The notes beneath the pieces are model-generated. The model was not told the DNA's origin and ran no database searches. It saw only the letters and a program-made list of their open reading frames with translations. From assembly GCA_965204565.1 (NCBI GenBank), contig CBDBEU010000003.1, forward strand, positions 591,305 through 655,304: a DNA stretch of 64,000 nt, written 5' to 3'. This stretch comes from Hyphomicrobiales bacterium. GTDB taxonomy: Bacteria > Pseudomonadota > Alphaproteobacteria > Rhizobiales > TMED25. Below, one piece after another: positions 41,386 to 52,534 of this stretch. The stretch's first letter is position 1. Each line of letters begins with the position of its first letter. The position numbers and the translations under genes are program-made.

Positions 41386-41924
41386 TCGTCGCCTTGACCC
41401 TCTCGAGCCGCTCCACCTGTGGCGAGCTTGCGTGGGTCGAGTTTTGGCTCCAGCAGGCTTTCCACCGCCTGTGCGAATTCGGCCAGCGTGTCATCGGCCG
41501 CAACATCGACCGCCGGCTTGCCGATGATCTCGTCGGCTTCGGCCAAAAGTTCGATGCGGTCATCAAGCTCATCGGTGCGCACCGTGCCGCCCGATGCCTT
41601 GCGCTCGATGTCGATCACGTCGGCCTGAATTTCCGAAAGTCGCTTGCTCTCGGCTGGGGTCAATTGCAGCTTGTAGCCGTGAATACGGTTGATTTCGCGC
41701 TTTTGCGCGATGATCGAAACCCAGGCGGTTTCCTGTTGCGGTGACGGGGGGGAGGGGGCGGATTGACCGTTGAAAAACACCGAGTCGACCCGTGCTGATC
41801 CGAAAACATCCGTCGCCTTGGCGTCGATTTCCATACCTGCGGTTCCTGCAAGATCGCTGTTGACGGACGTGGCAAAGCCGGTCCGGACCCCAATTTGGTC
41901 CCCGGTTGGGATAGCGCCAAGCAT
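41382..41924 (-). CDS. Hypothetical protein
   Basis: 180 aa, acidic, helical-looking. A third frame (41312..41572) carries a more natural-looking continuation (SPQVERLERVKATIEGNLNANPESP), so the region may be a single gene with two frameshifts. It contains a G7AG5 tract (41746-41758). Confidence 0.45.
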   Translation of the reverse strand: MLGAIPTGDQIGVRTGFATSVNSDLAGTAGMEIDAKATDVFGSARVDSVFFNGQSAPSPPSPQQETAWVSIIAQKREINRIHGYKLQLTPAESKRLSEIQADVIDIERKASGGTVRTDELDDRIELLAEADEIIGKPAVDVAADDTLAEFAQAVESLLEPKLDPRKLATGGAAREGQGDD

Positions 41925-41999
41925 GGCGTGGACGTCTTTAAGGAATTGTTAAGCCAACCGCCGCGACAGGAGACCCGCGCAGCGGTTGCGCAAATCTCC

Positions 42000-42875
42000 T
42001 TAGCGGGTGGGCACCGGCTCATCGCCGCGATAATCGTAAAATCCGCGGCCGGTCTTGCGCCCCAGCCAGCCCGCCTCGACATATTTCACCAAAAGCGGGC
42101 AGGGCCGGTACTTGGAATCGGCAAGTCCCTCATAGAGCACCTGCATGATCGACAGGCAGGTATCCAGACCGATGAAGTCGGCCAGCTGCAGCGGGCCCAT
42201 GGGATGGCGCGCGCCCAGCCGCATTGCTGCATCGATCGCCTCGACATTGCCGACGCCCTCATAGAGCGTATAGACCGCCTCGTTGATCATCGGCAGCAAG
42301 ATGCGGTTGACCATGAAGGCCGGGAAATCCTCCGAAACCGCGACCGTCTTGTCGAGCGTTCCGACAAAGGTGCGCACCTGTTCGAAGGTTTCATCCTCGG
42401 TGGCGATGCCGCGCACCAGCTCGGCCAGCTCCATCACCGGCACCGGGTTCATGAAATGAATGCCCATGAAGCGCTCTGGCCGGTCGGTGGTCGCCGCCAG
42501 CCGGGTAATCGAGATCGAGGAGGTGTTGGTGCCAAGGATCGTGTCCGGTCCGAGCACCGGGCACAGATCTGCATATATCTGACGTTTGACAGTCTCGTCC
42601 TCGACCACCGACTCGATGATCAGATCGCTCGTTGCCAGGCCCTCAAAATCCGGCTCGGCGGTGATCAACCCGAGGGTGCGCTCGTGTTCAGCCTCGGTGA
42701 TCTTTTTTGACGATACCTGGCGCGAAAGATTGCCGTTGATCGTTGCCAATGCCGCCTCAATGCGCTCGCGGCTGGTATCGTTGAGTTTGACCGCATAGCC
42801 CGCCAATGCGCAGACATGGGCGATACCGTTGCCCATCTGTCCGGCACCAATAACTCCGATATTTTTGATTTCCAT
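42000..42875 (-). CDS. hbd: 3-hydroxybutyryl-CoA dehydrogenase
   Basis: 291 aa with the Rossmann motif IGVIGAGQMGNGIA and a C-terminus …GRKTGRGFYDY typical of the 3HCDH family. Confidence 0.9.
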   Translation of the reverse strand: MEIKNIGVIGAGQMGNGIAHVCALAGYAVKLNDTSRERIEAALATINGNLSRQVSSKKITEAEHERTLGLITAEPDFEGLATSDLIIESVVEDETVKRQIYADLCPVLGPDTILGTNTSSISITRLAATTDRPERFMGIHFMNPVPVMELAELVRGIATEDETFEQVRTFVGTLDKTVAVSEDFPAFMVNRILLPMINEAVYTLYEGVGNVEAIDAAMRLGARHPMGPLQLADFIGLDTCLSIMQVLYEGLADSKYRPCPLLVKYVEAGWLGRKTGRGFYDYRGDEPVPTR

Positions 42876-43015
42876 GACCAGCTATCCCGGAAACATCCAT
42901 CTGGCGCGCCAGATGTCAGCATTTTCGATCCAATTCAGGCCATCGCCCAAGGCAACTTCGCTGCCAGCATAACGCTCATTGCCATGTCTGCGCGAGAAAT
43001 TACCGATGCGTGTGC

Positions 43016-43957
43016 TCACGAGGCGGTCTTCGCGAGCTCTGCATCAAGCTCCGGCACCGCCTCGAACAGATTCGCCACCAGACCATAATCGGCGATTTCA
43101 AAGATCGGCGCTTCCTCGTCCTTGTTTATAGCGACGATCACCTTGGAGTCCTTCATTCCGGCGAGATGCTGGATCGCACCGGAAATCCCGACCGCGATAT
43201 AAAGATCCGGCGCCACAACCTTTCCGGTCTGGCCAACCTGCAGCTCATTGGGCACAAAGCCCGCATCGACCGCCGCGCGGCTGGCGCCAACCGCGGCGCC
43301 GAGCTTGTCGGCGATTTTTTCCAGCATCTCGAAATTGTCGCCCGACTGCATACCGCGCCCGCCGGAAATGATGATTTTGGCAGATGTCAGATCCGGTCGC
43401 GCCGAATCGGAAAGGCGTTCTTCGACGAATGATGAGACACCCGGATCGTCGGCCTGATCGATCTCCTCGACTGCCGCACTTCCGCCTTTAACGGCGGCAC
43501 TAAAGGTGGTTGTGCGCACGGTGATGACTTTCTTTGCCATATCGGCTTCGACCGTCTGGATCGCATTGCCGGCATAGACCGGCCGCTCGAAGATCTTGGC
43601 ATCGACAACGGTGATGATTTCGGAAATCTGCGGTACGTCGAGAAGCGCCGCCACCCGCGGCATGACGTTCTTGCCCGTCGTCGTCGCCGGCGCCAGAACC
43701 GCGTCGTAATTGTCCATCAGCTTGACCACAAGCGCCGCCAGTGGCTCGGCCAGGCGATGCTCGTAGTGATCGGCTTCAGTCACCAGCACCTTCTCGACAC
43801 CGGCTATCTTGGCAGCCTCAGCGGCTACACCATCGCAGCCCTTGCCGGCGACCAGCACATGCACCGGCGATCCGACCTCGCCAGCCGCGGTCACCACCTT
43901 GGCGGTGGCGTCCTTGAGCTCGGCATTGTCATGTTCTGCAACAACCAGCACCGCCAT
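43016..43957 (-). CDS. etfA: Electron transfer flavoprotein subunit alpha
   Basis: 313 aa: [11 protein letters not shown]…, with the FAD-binding C-terminal region …[17 protein letters not shown]…. Confidence 0.95.
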   Translation of the reverse strand: MAVLVVAEHDNAELKDATAKVVTAAGEVGSPVHVLVAGKGCDGVAAEAAKIAGVEKVLVTEADHYEHRLAEPLAALVVKLMDNYDAVLAPATTTGKNVMPRVAALLDVPQISEIITVVDAKIFERPVYAGNAIQTVEADMAKKVITVRTTTFSAAVKGGSAAVEEIDQADDPGVSSFVEERLSDSARPDLTSAKIIISGGRGMQSGDNFEMLEKIADKLGAAVGASRAAVDAGFVPNELQVGQTGKVVAPDLYIAVGISGAIQHLAGMKDSKVIVAINKDEEAPIFEIADYGLVANLFEAVPELDAELAKTAS

Positions 43958-44706
43958 CAGATCACTCCCGCTTCATTCTTGAGCTTGTCGACCAGCTCTT
44001 CAATCGATTCAACCTTGCGACCGCCCTGTCGTGCCGGCGGCTCGGTGGTCTTCAGCACCTTCAGCCTCGGCGTCATGTCGACACCGAAATCTTCCGGTGT
44101 TTTCTGATCGATTGGCTTTTTCTTGGCCTTCATGATGTTGGGCAGCGAGGCGTAGCGCGGCTCATTGAGCCTCAGATCGGTGGTCACGATCGCCGGCAGC
44201 TTGAGCACCACCGTCTGCAGTCCACCATCGATCTCGCGCGTCACCGTGAGATTGCCGCCATCGCGTACAATTTCCGAAGCGAAAGTGCCTTGTGGCCAGT
44301 CCAGTAGCGCCGCCAGCATCTGCCCGGTCTGGCTGCAATCGTCATCGATCGCCTGTTTGCCGAGAATGACCAGTTCGGGCGATTCTTCACTTGCGATCGC
44401 TTTGAGGATCTTGGCCACCGCCAACGGCTCGGGTGAGTGCTCCGACACCACCAAAATCCCGCGATCGGCGCCCATCGCCAAGGCATGGCGCACCGTCTCC
44501 TGCGATTGCTGAGGCCCGATTGAAACCACAATGATTTCCTCGGCAATGCCGGTTTCCTTGAGCTGGATTGCTTCTTCAACCGCGATTTCGTCGAAAGGGT
44601 TCATCGACATTTTGACATTGGTGAGTTCCACGCCGCTGCCGTCGCCACGAACTCTGATCTTGACGTTGTAATCGACCACCCGCTTGACGGGAACGAGCAC
44701 CTTCAT
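43957..44706 (-). CDS. etfB: Electron transfer flavoprotein subunit beta
   Basis: 249 aa from ATG 44706 ([19 protein letters not shown]…). The track ORF extends upstream, but the MKVLV start fits the family. Its stop overlaps the etfA start. Confidence 0.95.
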   Translation of the reverse strand: MKVLVPVKRVVDYNVKIRVRGDGSGVELTNVKMSMNPFDEIAVEEAIQLKETGIAEEIIVVSIGPQQSQETVRHALAMGADRGILVVSEHSPEPLAVAKILKAIASEESPELVILGKQAIDDDCSQTGQMLAALLDWPQGTFASEIVRDGGNLTVTREIDGGLQTVVLKLPAIVTTDLRLNEPRYASLPNIMKAKKKPIDQKTPEDFGVDMTPRLKVLKTTEPPARQGGRKVESIEELVDKLKNEAGVI

Positions 44707-44918
44707 TGGCGTGCCACCTCCGGAATTGCTTCGGCTGGCACTGTTGCACCATTTGATGCGTCTGGCTGGCACTGGCGGCCGGCACTGGGGATTTTGCGCA
44801 CAGCTTCAGCTTTTTCTTAATCGTGCTGACAATGGCGCGGACGGTAATCGGGCTGGCGCGCCAGTGTCAATCTATCAATGTGCGGTGCAACAACAAGCGC
44901 CGGCAAAACCGGGTGACG

Positions 44919-45614
44919 CTAGTGTGCGACGCCACGGTCGAACAGCGGCACGCCGCGCCGTTTCATGAAAGGAGTTAACGCAAAACCGGCAATCAGGCCG
45001 CCAATATGCGCCCACCATGCAACCTCGTCGTCCGGTGTGGACAGTGCCACCGAGACAAGCTGCAGTGCGATCCAGAAGCCGATGGCGAAATAGGCCGGGA
45101 TGTAGAGCGGCAGCCGCCACAACACCAGAACCCACAGATTGACCCTCGGGTGCAGCAGCAAATAGGCCGCAACCACGCCGGCGATTGCGCCCGATGCGCC
45201 GACCAGCGGCACCTGCGAGCCAGGCTCCATATGGGCATGCAGCGCGCCAGCCGTGGCACCGCACAACAGGAAGAAGGCAAGATAGGACAAATGCCCCATC
45301 GCATCTTCAATATTGTCGCCGAACACCCACAAAAACAGCATGTTGGACAAAAGATGCAGCCACCCGCCATGCATGAACACATAAGTGATCAGCGTCAGAT
45401 CATCGGGAACCGCGATGAATTCATCGGGCAGCGCCATGATGTCGAAATAGGCTGCCGGGATCAGCGCGAAGGCGAATTGCTCTTGTTCTGCCGGTAGCAC
45501 CAGCCCGCTCTGATAGATGACAAAAACGATCACCGCGATGGCGATCAGCGAAACATTGACGAATTCGAACGGGATGATATTGAGCGGGTTTGCATCTCTG
45601 AGCGGAACGAACAT
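44919..45614 (-). CDS. Rhomboid family intramembrane serine protease
   Basis: 231 aa, polytopic, with the motifs HGGWLHLLSNMLFLW and GASGAIAG. Confidence 0.85.
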   Translation of the reverse strand: MFVPLRDANPLNIIPFEFVNVSLIAIAVIVFVIYQSGLVLPAEQEQFAFALIPAAYFDIMALPDEFIAVPDDLTLITYVFMHGGWLHLLSNMLFLWVFGDNIEDAMGHLSYLAFFLLCGATAGALHAHMEPGSQVPLVGASGAIAGVVAAYLLLHPRVNLWVLVLWRLPLYIPAYFAIGFWIALQLVSVALSTPDDEVAWWAHIGGLIAGFALTPFMKRRGVPLFDRGVAH

Positions 45615-45741
45615 GCGGCCTGTCTTTCGCGCTGAGCAAGGGAGCGAGAGTGGAAATCAATAGCACGGTTCTGTTTGCCTGGCTGGTGCCGTTTGCGGCC
45701 TTCTGGCCGCCCGGGAATAACCCGCTGGCGCCCCGAAAACC

Positions 45742-46347
45742 TCAGCGATTGTCGCCCGGCACCCACAGTACATCGCCGGCGCCACTGCGAGCATTTACGT
45801 AACGGCTGGCAACGAACAGCAAATCCGACAGACGGTTGATATAACGTATTGCTTCTGCTCCAACCGGTTCGCCATCAAGCGCCGCCAGACTCACCATCCG
45901 CCGTTCGGCGCGCCGCGCGATGGTGCGCGCCATATGCAATGCAGCTGCCGCTGGTGCGCCGCCCGGTAGTACGAAGGATTTGAGCGGTTCGAGGTCGGCA
46001 TTGAGCCGGTCGATTTCGGTCTCCAACCGCGCCACCTGGTCGGCCGAAATCCTGAACGGCTCGAATTCCGGCTTTTCGCCACGGTCGGGCACGCACAGAT
46101 CGGCACCAAGATCGAACAAATCGTTCTGGATGCGCGCCAGAACCGCATCGAGGTCGACGAAATCGGGGCCGCCGGCGAATTCCGGCAAGCCGATGTGGTA
46201 GCGCACCACGCCGATGGCGGCATTGGCTTCATCGACCGTGCCATAGGCTTCCACGCGGGGCACATCCTTGGGCGCCCGCTCGCCTGATCCCAGTGCCGTC
46301 GTGCCGTCGTCACCGGTGCGGGTGTAGATCTTGTTCAACACGACCAT
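45742..46347 (-). CDS. ATP:cob(I)alamin adenosyltransferase, PduO/MMAB type
   Basis: 201 aa: IYTRTGDDGTTAL…RVEAYGTVDEANAAIG… is the family N-terminal signature. Confidence 0.9.
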   Translation of the reverse strand: MVVLNKIYTRTGDDGTTALGSGERAPKDVPRVEAYGTVDEANAAIGVVRYHIGLPEFAGGPDFVDLDAVLARIQNDLFDLGADLCVPDRGEKPEFEPFRISADQVARLETEIDRLNADLEPLKSFVLPGGAPAAAALHMARTIARRAERRMVSLAALDGEPVGAEAIRYINRLSDLLFVASRYVNARSGAGDVLWVPGDNR

Positions 46348-46390
46348 GACAAAGCCTCAATATTTGGCCGCCGCGCGCATCGCGGCCTGC

Positions 46391-46582
46391 TCATCCCCCG
46401 GAAAAATACACCGCCGCCATGATCACGATGATGGCGAGAAACTGCAAACTGACCCTCCAGCGCATCAGAAGCTGCGAGAGGTTGGGGTCTCCGCCGCGCA
46501 TCATGTTGACCAGTCCAAGCACAAGCACGATGGCCACCACGCCGATGGCAATGGGAACCAGATTTTCAACAACAGAGCTCAT
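46391..46582 (-). CDS. Twin-transmembrane-helix small protein (HIG1-like)
   Basis: 63 aa from ATG 46582 (MSSVVENLVPIAIGVVAIVLVLGLVNMMRGG…RWRVSLQFLAIIVIMAAVYF), giving two TM helices. Confidence 0.65.
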   Translation of the reverse strand: MSSVVENLVPIAIGVVAIVLVLGLVNMMRGGDPNLSQLLMRWRVSLQFLAIIVIMAAVYFSGG

Positions 46583-46718
46583 GCCTTCTAGATAGTCTCC
46601 CGCGCATGCAATTGCCACGGGAGTTTTACGCGCATCGGTCTTGCGATTGTCGCGCCGGTGCGGTCAAATTCGTGCGGACAGCAGCGGCCGCAAGGCCAGT
46701 AAGCAGGGAGCTTATTCA

Positions 46719-47828
46719 ATGGAAACACGTGCTGCGGTGGCAGTGAAGGCAGGCCAGACGCTGGAGATCACGACGGTCAATCTCGATGGGCCGCAGGCGG
46801 GCGAGGTCTTGGTCGAGATCAAGGCGACGGGGATTTGTCACACCGACGAATTCACCTTGTCAGGCGCCGATCCTGAAGGGCTGTTCCCGGCGATTCTGGG
46901 CCATGAGGGCGTTGGTGTAGTGGTTGAGGTCGGCGATGGCGTGACATCCGTGGCACCAGGCGATCACGTCATCCCGCTCTACACGCCCGAATGCCGCCAA
47001 TGCGAATACTGCACCTCCGGCAAGACCAATCTCTGCCAGGCGATCCGCGTCACCCAGGGCCAGGGCTTGATGCCCGACGGCACCTCGCGCTTTTCCGCCG
47101 GCGGTGAGAAGCTGTTCCACTATATGGGCACGTCCACCTTCTCCAATTTCACCGTGCTGCCCGAAATCGCCGTTGCCAAGGTGCGCAAGGACGCACCATT
47201 CGAGAAGATCTGCTACATCGGCTGCGGCGTCACCACCGGTCTTGGCGCGGTGATCAACACCGCCAAAGTCGAGCCCGGTGCCAATGTCGTGGTTTTCGGC
47301 CTTGGCGGTATCGGCCTTAATGTCATTCAAGGCGCCAAGCTCGTGGGGGCCGACATGATTGTCGGTGTCGATCTCAATCCCGAGCGTGAAGCCATTGCGC
47401 GCAAGTTCGGCATGACCCACTTCGTCAATCCCAAGATGATAGACGGCGATCTTGTCGGCCACCTGGTCGAGTTGACCAAGGGCGGCGCCGATTATTCCTT
47501 CGAATGCATCGGCAATGTCGAGGTCATGCGCGCCGCATTGGAATGCTGCCACAAGGGCTGGGGCGAAAGTGTCATCATCGGCGTCGCGCCGTCCGGCGCG
47601 GAAATTTCAACCCGTCCTTTCCAGCTTGTCACCGGCCGGGTCTGGCGCGGGACCGCCTTTGGCGGCGCCAAGGGGCGCACCGACGTGCCGCGTATTGTCG
47701 ATTGGTACATGGACGGCAAGATCAACATTGACGATCTGATCACCCATGTGATGCCGCTCGAAAATATCAACGATGCGTTCGATCTGATGCATGCCGGCAA
47801 GTCGATCCGCTCGGTAGTGACATTCTAG
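46719..47828 (+). CDS. adhC: S-(hydroxymethyl)glutathione dehydrogenase / class III alcohol dehydrogenase
   Basis: 369 aa from ATG 46719 (SD agggag at 46705-10). …[12 protein letters not shown]…GHEG…[15 protein letters not shown]…VFGLGGIGL… match zinc-ADH class III motifs. The stop TAG at 47826-28 straddles the IS630 junction. Confidence 0.95.
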   Translation: METRAAVAVKAGQTLEITTVNLDGPQAGEVLVEIKATGICHTDEFTLSGADPEGLFPAILGHEGVGVVVEVGDGVTSVAPGDHVIPLYTPECRQCEYCTSGKTNLCQAIRVTQGQGLMPDGTSRFSAGGEKLFHYMGTSTFSNFTVLPEIAVAKVRKDAPFEKICYIGCGVTTGLGAVINTAKVEPGANVVVFGLGGIGLNVIQGAKLVGADMIVGVDLNPEREAIARKFGMTHFVNPKMIDGDLVGHLVELTKGGADYSFECIGNVEVMRAALECCHKGWGESVIIGVAPSGAEISTRPFQLVTGRVWRGTAFGGAKGRTDVPRIVDWYMDGKINIDDLITHVMPLENINDAFDLMHAGKSIRSVVTF

Positions 47829-48828
47829 AGCATCTTCGCGATGAGCGGAATCGTTTGGGGATTCCCAATCGCGCACTGATGTGATTCACGGGATGCGGCA
47901 AGATGGAGGCGCATCATGGGTTGGAGATCCGGACAGCGCTGTTCGCAGGACTTGCGGGATCGGGTTCTTTCGGCGGTAGATGGCGGTGAGGCAGGCGGCA
48001 GCGGTGTCCCAACCCGAACCGGGGCCATGCGCCGTGCAAGCCAACGGCGGCTCAGGAAATGGCGCTGGCCGGACATATGAGATCTCACCCCGGCATAACA
48101 CCGGCGAGCGTGCAAACCCGGCTCGAGGCCGATCATGGCGTGTTCATCTCCACCGGCGCGGTGTGGAATGCGGTCCGCCGGCGCGGTCCGTCGTTCAAAA
48201 AAAGCCCTGAGGGCCGCCGGGCAGGACCGGCCGGACGTGGCAGCCCGCCGGCGGATGTAGGGAAGGTCGCCCAGCCCTTCATTGATCCCGAGCGTCCGAT
48301 CTTGCTCGACGAGACCGGCGTCAACACCAGGATGGCCCGCCTCTACGGTTGGGCGCCGGTCGGCAAGCGCTACCGGGACAGCGTATCCTTCGGCCACTGG
48401 AAGACGATGACTTTCATTGCCGGTCTTCGCCTCTCAGGCCTCACGGCCCCCGGGTCCTCGATGGTCCGATGGATGACCAGGCTTTTCGTGTCTATATTGA
48501 GGAGGTGCCGGCACCGACCTCGACACGCGGTGATGTCGTGGTGCTCGACAACCTGCCTGCCCATCTACCTGCCCATAAGGTCACCGGCATCCGTCATGAT
48601 CATCGTCTCCCCACGCGCCCGGATCTTCTATCTGCCGCCCTACAGCCCCGACATGAATCCCATCGAGATGGCCTTTGCCAGGCTCAAGGCGCTGCTCGGG
48701 CAAGATCCGGCCCGAACCGTCGACGCCCTCGTTGAACGCATCGGCTGCACTATCGACTGCTTCCTCCCGGCCGAATGCGAAAACGTCTTCCACGCAGCAG
48801 GATATCAACGCTCAATGTGAAAATGCTC
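47828..48828 (+). mobile_element. IS630-family element (type 2), both ends present, flanked by TA; transposase in several frames
   Basis: Inverted repeats are GAGCATCTTCGCGATGAG (47828) and the complement of CTCAATGTGAAAATGCTC (48811-28). TA lies at 47826-27 and 48829-30. Transposase pieces are …YSQDLRDRVLSAVDGG-like (~47905-48070) and 48059..48820. There is a 12-bp tandem duplication at ~48555-48578. Confidence 0.9.
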
Positions 48829-48861
48829 TAGAGCACGAACCCAGCAGCGGCGTATGGCCGC

Positions 48862-49692
48862 CTAATACAGGCTCATCGGGAAATAGCGCAGCAGCAATTC
48901 TTCATAATCGCCACTCTTTCTCGCCAGCGTAATGCCCTCACTGAGTATGGCCGCCAGCTTGCTGCGCTCCTTGGCAACGGCAATACCGACACCTTCGCCG
49001 AAATAGTGGGTTTCGGTGAAAACACCACCGCGGAACTGGCAGCAACGCCGTGAGGATGCGCCGTTCAGCCAATACATCAGCCCCAGCCCATCGCCAAAAA
49101 GCGCATCGATCTTGCCAAAACGCAGCGCGATTCGTGCGTCGGAATCGGATTCAAAGGTCACAATCACGGCGTTGGCAAAGAAGTCACGCAGATACGCTTC
49201 ATGCGCTGTCCCCTTCAGAACACCCACACGTTTTTCTGCCATCCCCTCCGGCGTCACCAGGTCGAGTTCGACATCCGATCGCACTACAAAACGCGCTGGC
49301 GTGTAGTAGTAGGGATCGGTGAACGTGACCTGCTGGCGATTTGCCACCGTGATCGCGTGAGAAGCGATGATCGCATCGACCTCCGCGTCCGCCAGTGATG
49401 GGATGAGCGCATCCCACGGCTTTGCCTTTATCGTGCAGACAATGTTGAGCGCGCTGCAGATTGCGCGCGCCATATCAATGTTGAAACCGGTGAGATCACC
49501 ATTTTCATCGATGTAGTTGAACGGCGGGAAGTCACTGTCGGTCAGGAATCTGACTTCCTCCGGCAGGGCAGCTTCCAGATGGCGCCCGCCCCAGGTCTTC
49601 GGCAAGGTTTCCAGCGGTTGGGCAATGCTGGAAACGCCGAAACCAAACCAAAAAGTCAGGTTAAGTACAGCGACAATCCGCAGCTTTGCCAT
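48862..49692 (-). CDS. Family-3 (amino-acid type) ABC transporter substrate-binding protein, orphan
   Basis: The likely start is ATG 49692 (MAKLRIVAVLNLTFWFGFGVSSIAQP signal peptide). …LTDSDFPPFNYIDENGDLTGFNIDMARAIC… is typical of SBP_bac_3. No cognate permease or ATPase gene is adjacent. Confidence 0.8.
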   Translation of the reverse strand: MAKLRIVAVLNLTFWFGFGVSSIAQPLETLPKTWGGRHLEAALPEEVRFLTDSDFPPFNYIDENGDLTGFNIDMARAICSALNIVCTIKAKPWDALIPSLADAEVDAIIASHAITVANRQQVTFTDPYYYTPARFVVRSDVELDLVTPEGMAEKRVGVLKGTAHEAYLRDFFANAVIVTFESDSDARIALRFGKIDALFGDGLGLMYWLNGASSRRCCQFRGGVFTETHYFGEGVGIAVAKERSKLAAILSEGITLARKSGDYEELLLRYFPMSLY

Positions 49693-49989
49693 GCCGGCCT
49701 GAACGCTGACGGTTAAAGGCTGTCTGCCGCGCGCTCCTTGCCGTATCATGTCACCACTTCCGCCGATCGAATCAGACCGCATCTGCCAGATGCGATGGCG
49801 TACAACCATTCCACTGGCCAAATGCAAGCCTTTGCGCAAGACTACATCTATATGCGCGGCGTTGACACGCCAGTCAATCACTGGGGAACGGCGTCTGGCG
49901 AATGAATGAATTCGGCGTAATCAAACCCCGCTCCACGGCCCTCGGCAGGTCGCGCGCGCGCCGTGGCGCAATTCGCACCGTGCCGGGAA

Positions 49990-51900
49990 GCGGCATCGCA
50001 CGATTCCTTCGAACGCCTCCTGATGAATCTGTCCATCGTCCTACTTGACAGAATGGGTGAGTTGATCCGCACCGCCCGTCACCAGGGCGTGTCGATGCTT
50101 CAATTGTTGGCGAAAACCAGCCTGGCCAGCAAGACGCACTTTATGGAGCTCTTGCCACCTACCATAACTGCCGTTTCTGAGCGGTGCCACCCGCGACTTC
50201 AGACCCAGTATCAAACCCTCGGAAATCGCAAGCTGCCTTGCCGAAGGCTGAATCAGACTGAAAGACCGGGACGGCAGGCACATCATCGCCGCAGCGTCTA
50301 CCAATGCCACCCTCACCACCATGTGCCATCTTGGCGGCAGCCATGGCCGCACCGAACCATTCGATGCGGTGACCACGCCATCTGCGATCCGTCATTGGAT
50401 TGAGCGGCACCACGGAGAACTTCTGCTCGGGCACGCGATCAGGTGGCTCGCGGACAGCTCGCCCGAAATGTCAACCGAACGCAAGCTTTCACGTGGCCAG
50501 CAGATTTTCGCGCTGGTTGTTGTTTTGTGTTCGCTCACCGCAGCTTCGGCATTGCCGAGCCTCGTGCTGTTCTCGATTGCATTCGCACTGACGTCAGTAT
50601 TGTTTTTCGGCGTCGCACTGCAACGGCTGATCACGTTTGCCTGCGAAGTTGGTGTAGGCCGCACCAGACCCCCCGCCACACAAGACCCTCGATCGCGATT
50701 TGCAGGTCTACACCGTGCTGGTGTCGCTCCACCGCGAAGCGCACATGGTCGGCGAGATCGTTTCAAATGTTCTGAAGCTCGACTACCCGCGCGCCAAACT
50801 GGACATCAAGCTGATCCTCGAAGCCGACGATCGCAAAACATGTGAGGCAGCTGCCGCGCTGGATTTTCCGGGCTGTGTCGACATGGTTGTTGTTCCTGCC
50901 GCATTGCCGCGCACCAAGCCCAAGGCCCCCAATTATGCCCTCACTTTCTCGCAAGGTGAGTACGTCACTATCTATGATGCAGAAGATAGTCCCGAACCCA
51001 ATCAGCTGCGCCGTGCACTTGTGCTGCCTTTGCGTCGGGTGGAACCGATCTCGCCTGTGTCCAGGCCCGGCTCAGCATTCGCAATGGGCGCGGCCGCTGG
51101 CTCAGCCGGCAATTTGCGATCGAATATGCCGGCCTGTTCAATGTCATTATTCCCGGGCTTGATCGCCTCGGTCAGCCGCTGATGCTTGGCGGCACATCAA
51201 ACCATTTCCGTGCCGATGTGCTGCGCCAGATCAGTGACTGAGGATGCCGATATCGGCGTGCGGCTGGCACGTCATGGTTTTCGCGCCGGCTGGATCGACA
51301 GCGAAACCCTTGAAGAATCACTTGACACACTCGGCAATTGGACGCGGCAGCGCACACGCTGGCTGCGCGGCTGGATGCAGACATATCTGGTGCACATGCG
51401 CCAACCTGCGCTGTTGGCACGCCAGTTGGGCGTCGGAAAGTTCATTTCGCTGCAGATGCTGCTCATTGGCATTATCGTATCGGCGCTGATCCATCCGTTT
51501 TTTGTCGGTTACATATTGTTGGAACTCGCCTAGGGCACCGCATTCACGCTGGCCAATGCGCCTGTTCACAAAGCATTATTGCTGATCAGTGCGATGAATC
51601 TGCTGGTCGGCTACGGCATTGCCATGGAAATCGGCGTGCTCGGCCTCTACCGCGCCAACCGGCCGCATTTGCTCGCCGGCATCCTGGCAGCACTGCTGTA
51701 CTGGATGCTCATCTCATGCGCCGCTTACGCAGCGCTCGTGTGTTTTGCGATCTCTCCATTCAAATTGGAAAAGACCCTCCACCGCGGCACCAGCGCTGTT
51801 TCCGGAACGGACAGTGGCAAGCCAGCGGCACGACGCGCGATTGGAAACGGGCAAGCGCAAATGCAGGCAGGCGGTTATCCACCCCAGCCTGACCGGCGCC
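49990..51900 (+). pseudogene. Family-2 glycosyltransferase (cellulose-synthase-like, with long N-terminal regulatory region), multiply disrupted
   Basis: Pieces are …AIRWLADSSPEMSTERKLSRGQQIFALVVVL (frame of 50321), VYTVLVSLHREAHMV…LILEADDRKT…YVTIYDAEDSPEPNQL (50700..), VQARLSIRNGRGRWLSRQFAIEYAGLF…LGGTSNHFR (third frame, ~51050-51240) and TEDADIGVRLARHG…WTRQRTRWLRGWMQT (51186..). There is an in-frame TAG at 51531-33. End coordinates are approximate. Confidence 0.7.
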
Positions 51901-51948
51901 CCTCCCCCGGCAAAGCCAGATCCGAGATTTTCCTTGTCCGCGGACACT

Positions 51949-52421
51949 TCAATAAGGACGGTCTCTCAATCCGATTTGGAACGCCACCCGCGACAAAACC
52001 ACGGCTCCGAGCCAGAACCCGGCCACAATTGCCACCACCTCACCCGCTGAAAGATCGAGAACAGTGCTCAGAGCCAAGGCGGGCAACAGTGATTCCGGGA
52101 TGCGATCAAGCCCGGGCGCCCTGCTGCTTGGTGCATGGCCCAGTCTTCGCTTGACGAAACTGGAAGCAAGATCGCCCAGCAGCGCTCCGTAGCGCCAGTC
52201 AATGCCGATTGCCGAGGCTGCCAGGCTCGTAGCGGCCACCGCAACAATCAGCCCTCGATAGGTTTTCGACCTACCGAACACCGCATGCCCATCTTGCGGT
52301 TTGGCGCCAAAATCGACGGGCCATGCGTATCGTGGTCCCCAAGATCTTCTTGGCCACCACCGGTGCGCCATTTGATACACCCAGCAATATCAGCACCTGG
52401 ATGATGGGGGGAGAAGCTCAT
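51949..52421 (-). pseudogene. CDP-archaeol synthase-like (CarS/DUF46 family) membrane protein, two frameshifts
   Basis: The main ORF reads …YAWPVDFGAKPQDGHAVFGRSKTYRGLIVAV…SFVKRRLG…. Its N-terminus is in two other frames (MSFSP at 52421, then IIQVLILLGVSNGAPVVAKKILG). The first shift coincides with a 6-nt G run at 52406-52411 (C6 on the coding strand). Confidence 0.6.
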
Positions 52422-52534
52422 CAACTCTGCCTCCGAAACCCCACTCGGCTATCTCTTCGACCACGGACATGACCGCCTAACCGGCTCGTCTTGTCCCATT
52501 GATCCACCGCTGACAAGCATCGTCAAAAATGCTC

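Noticed and set aside
44733-44790. Three copies of GGC(T/C)GGCACTG upstream of etfB, one reading TGGCAC-TG-TTGCA, which resembles a sigma-54 promoter
   Set aside because: The spacing between the GG and GC elements is far too short (2 nt instead of ~5 between TGGCAC and TTGCA). The motif is also on the strand opposite to etfB. It is probably a fortuitous GC-rich repeat.
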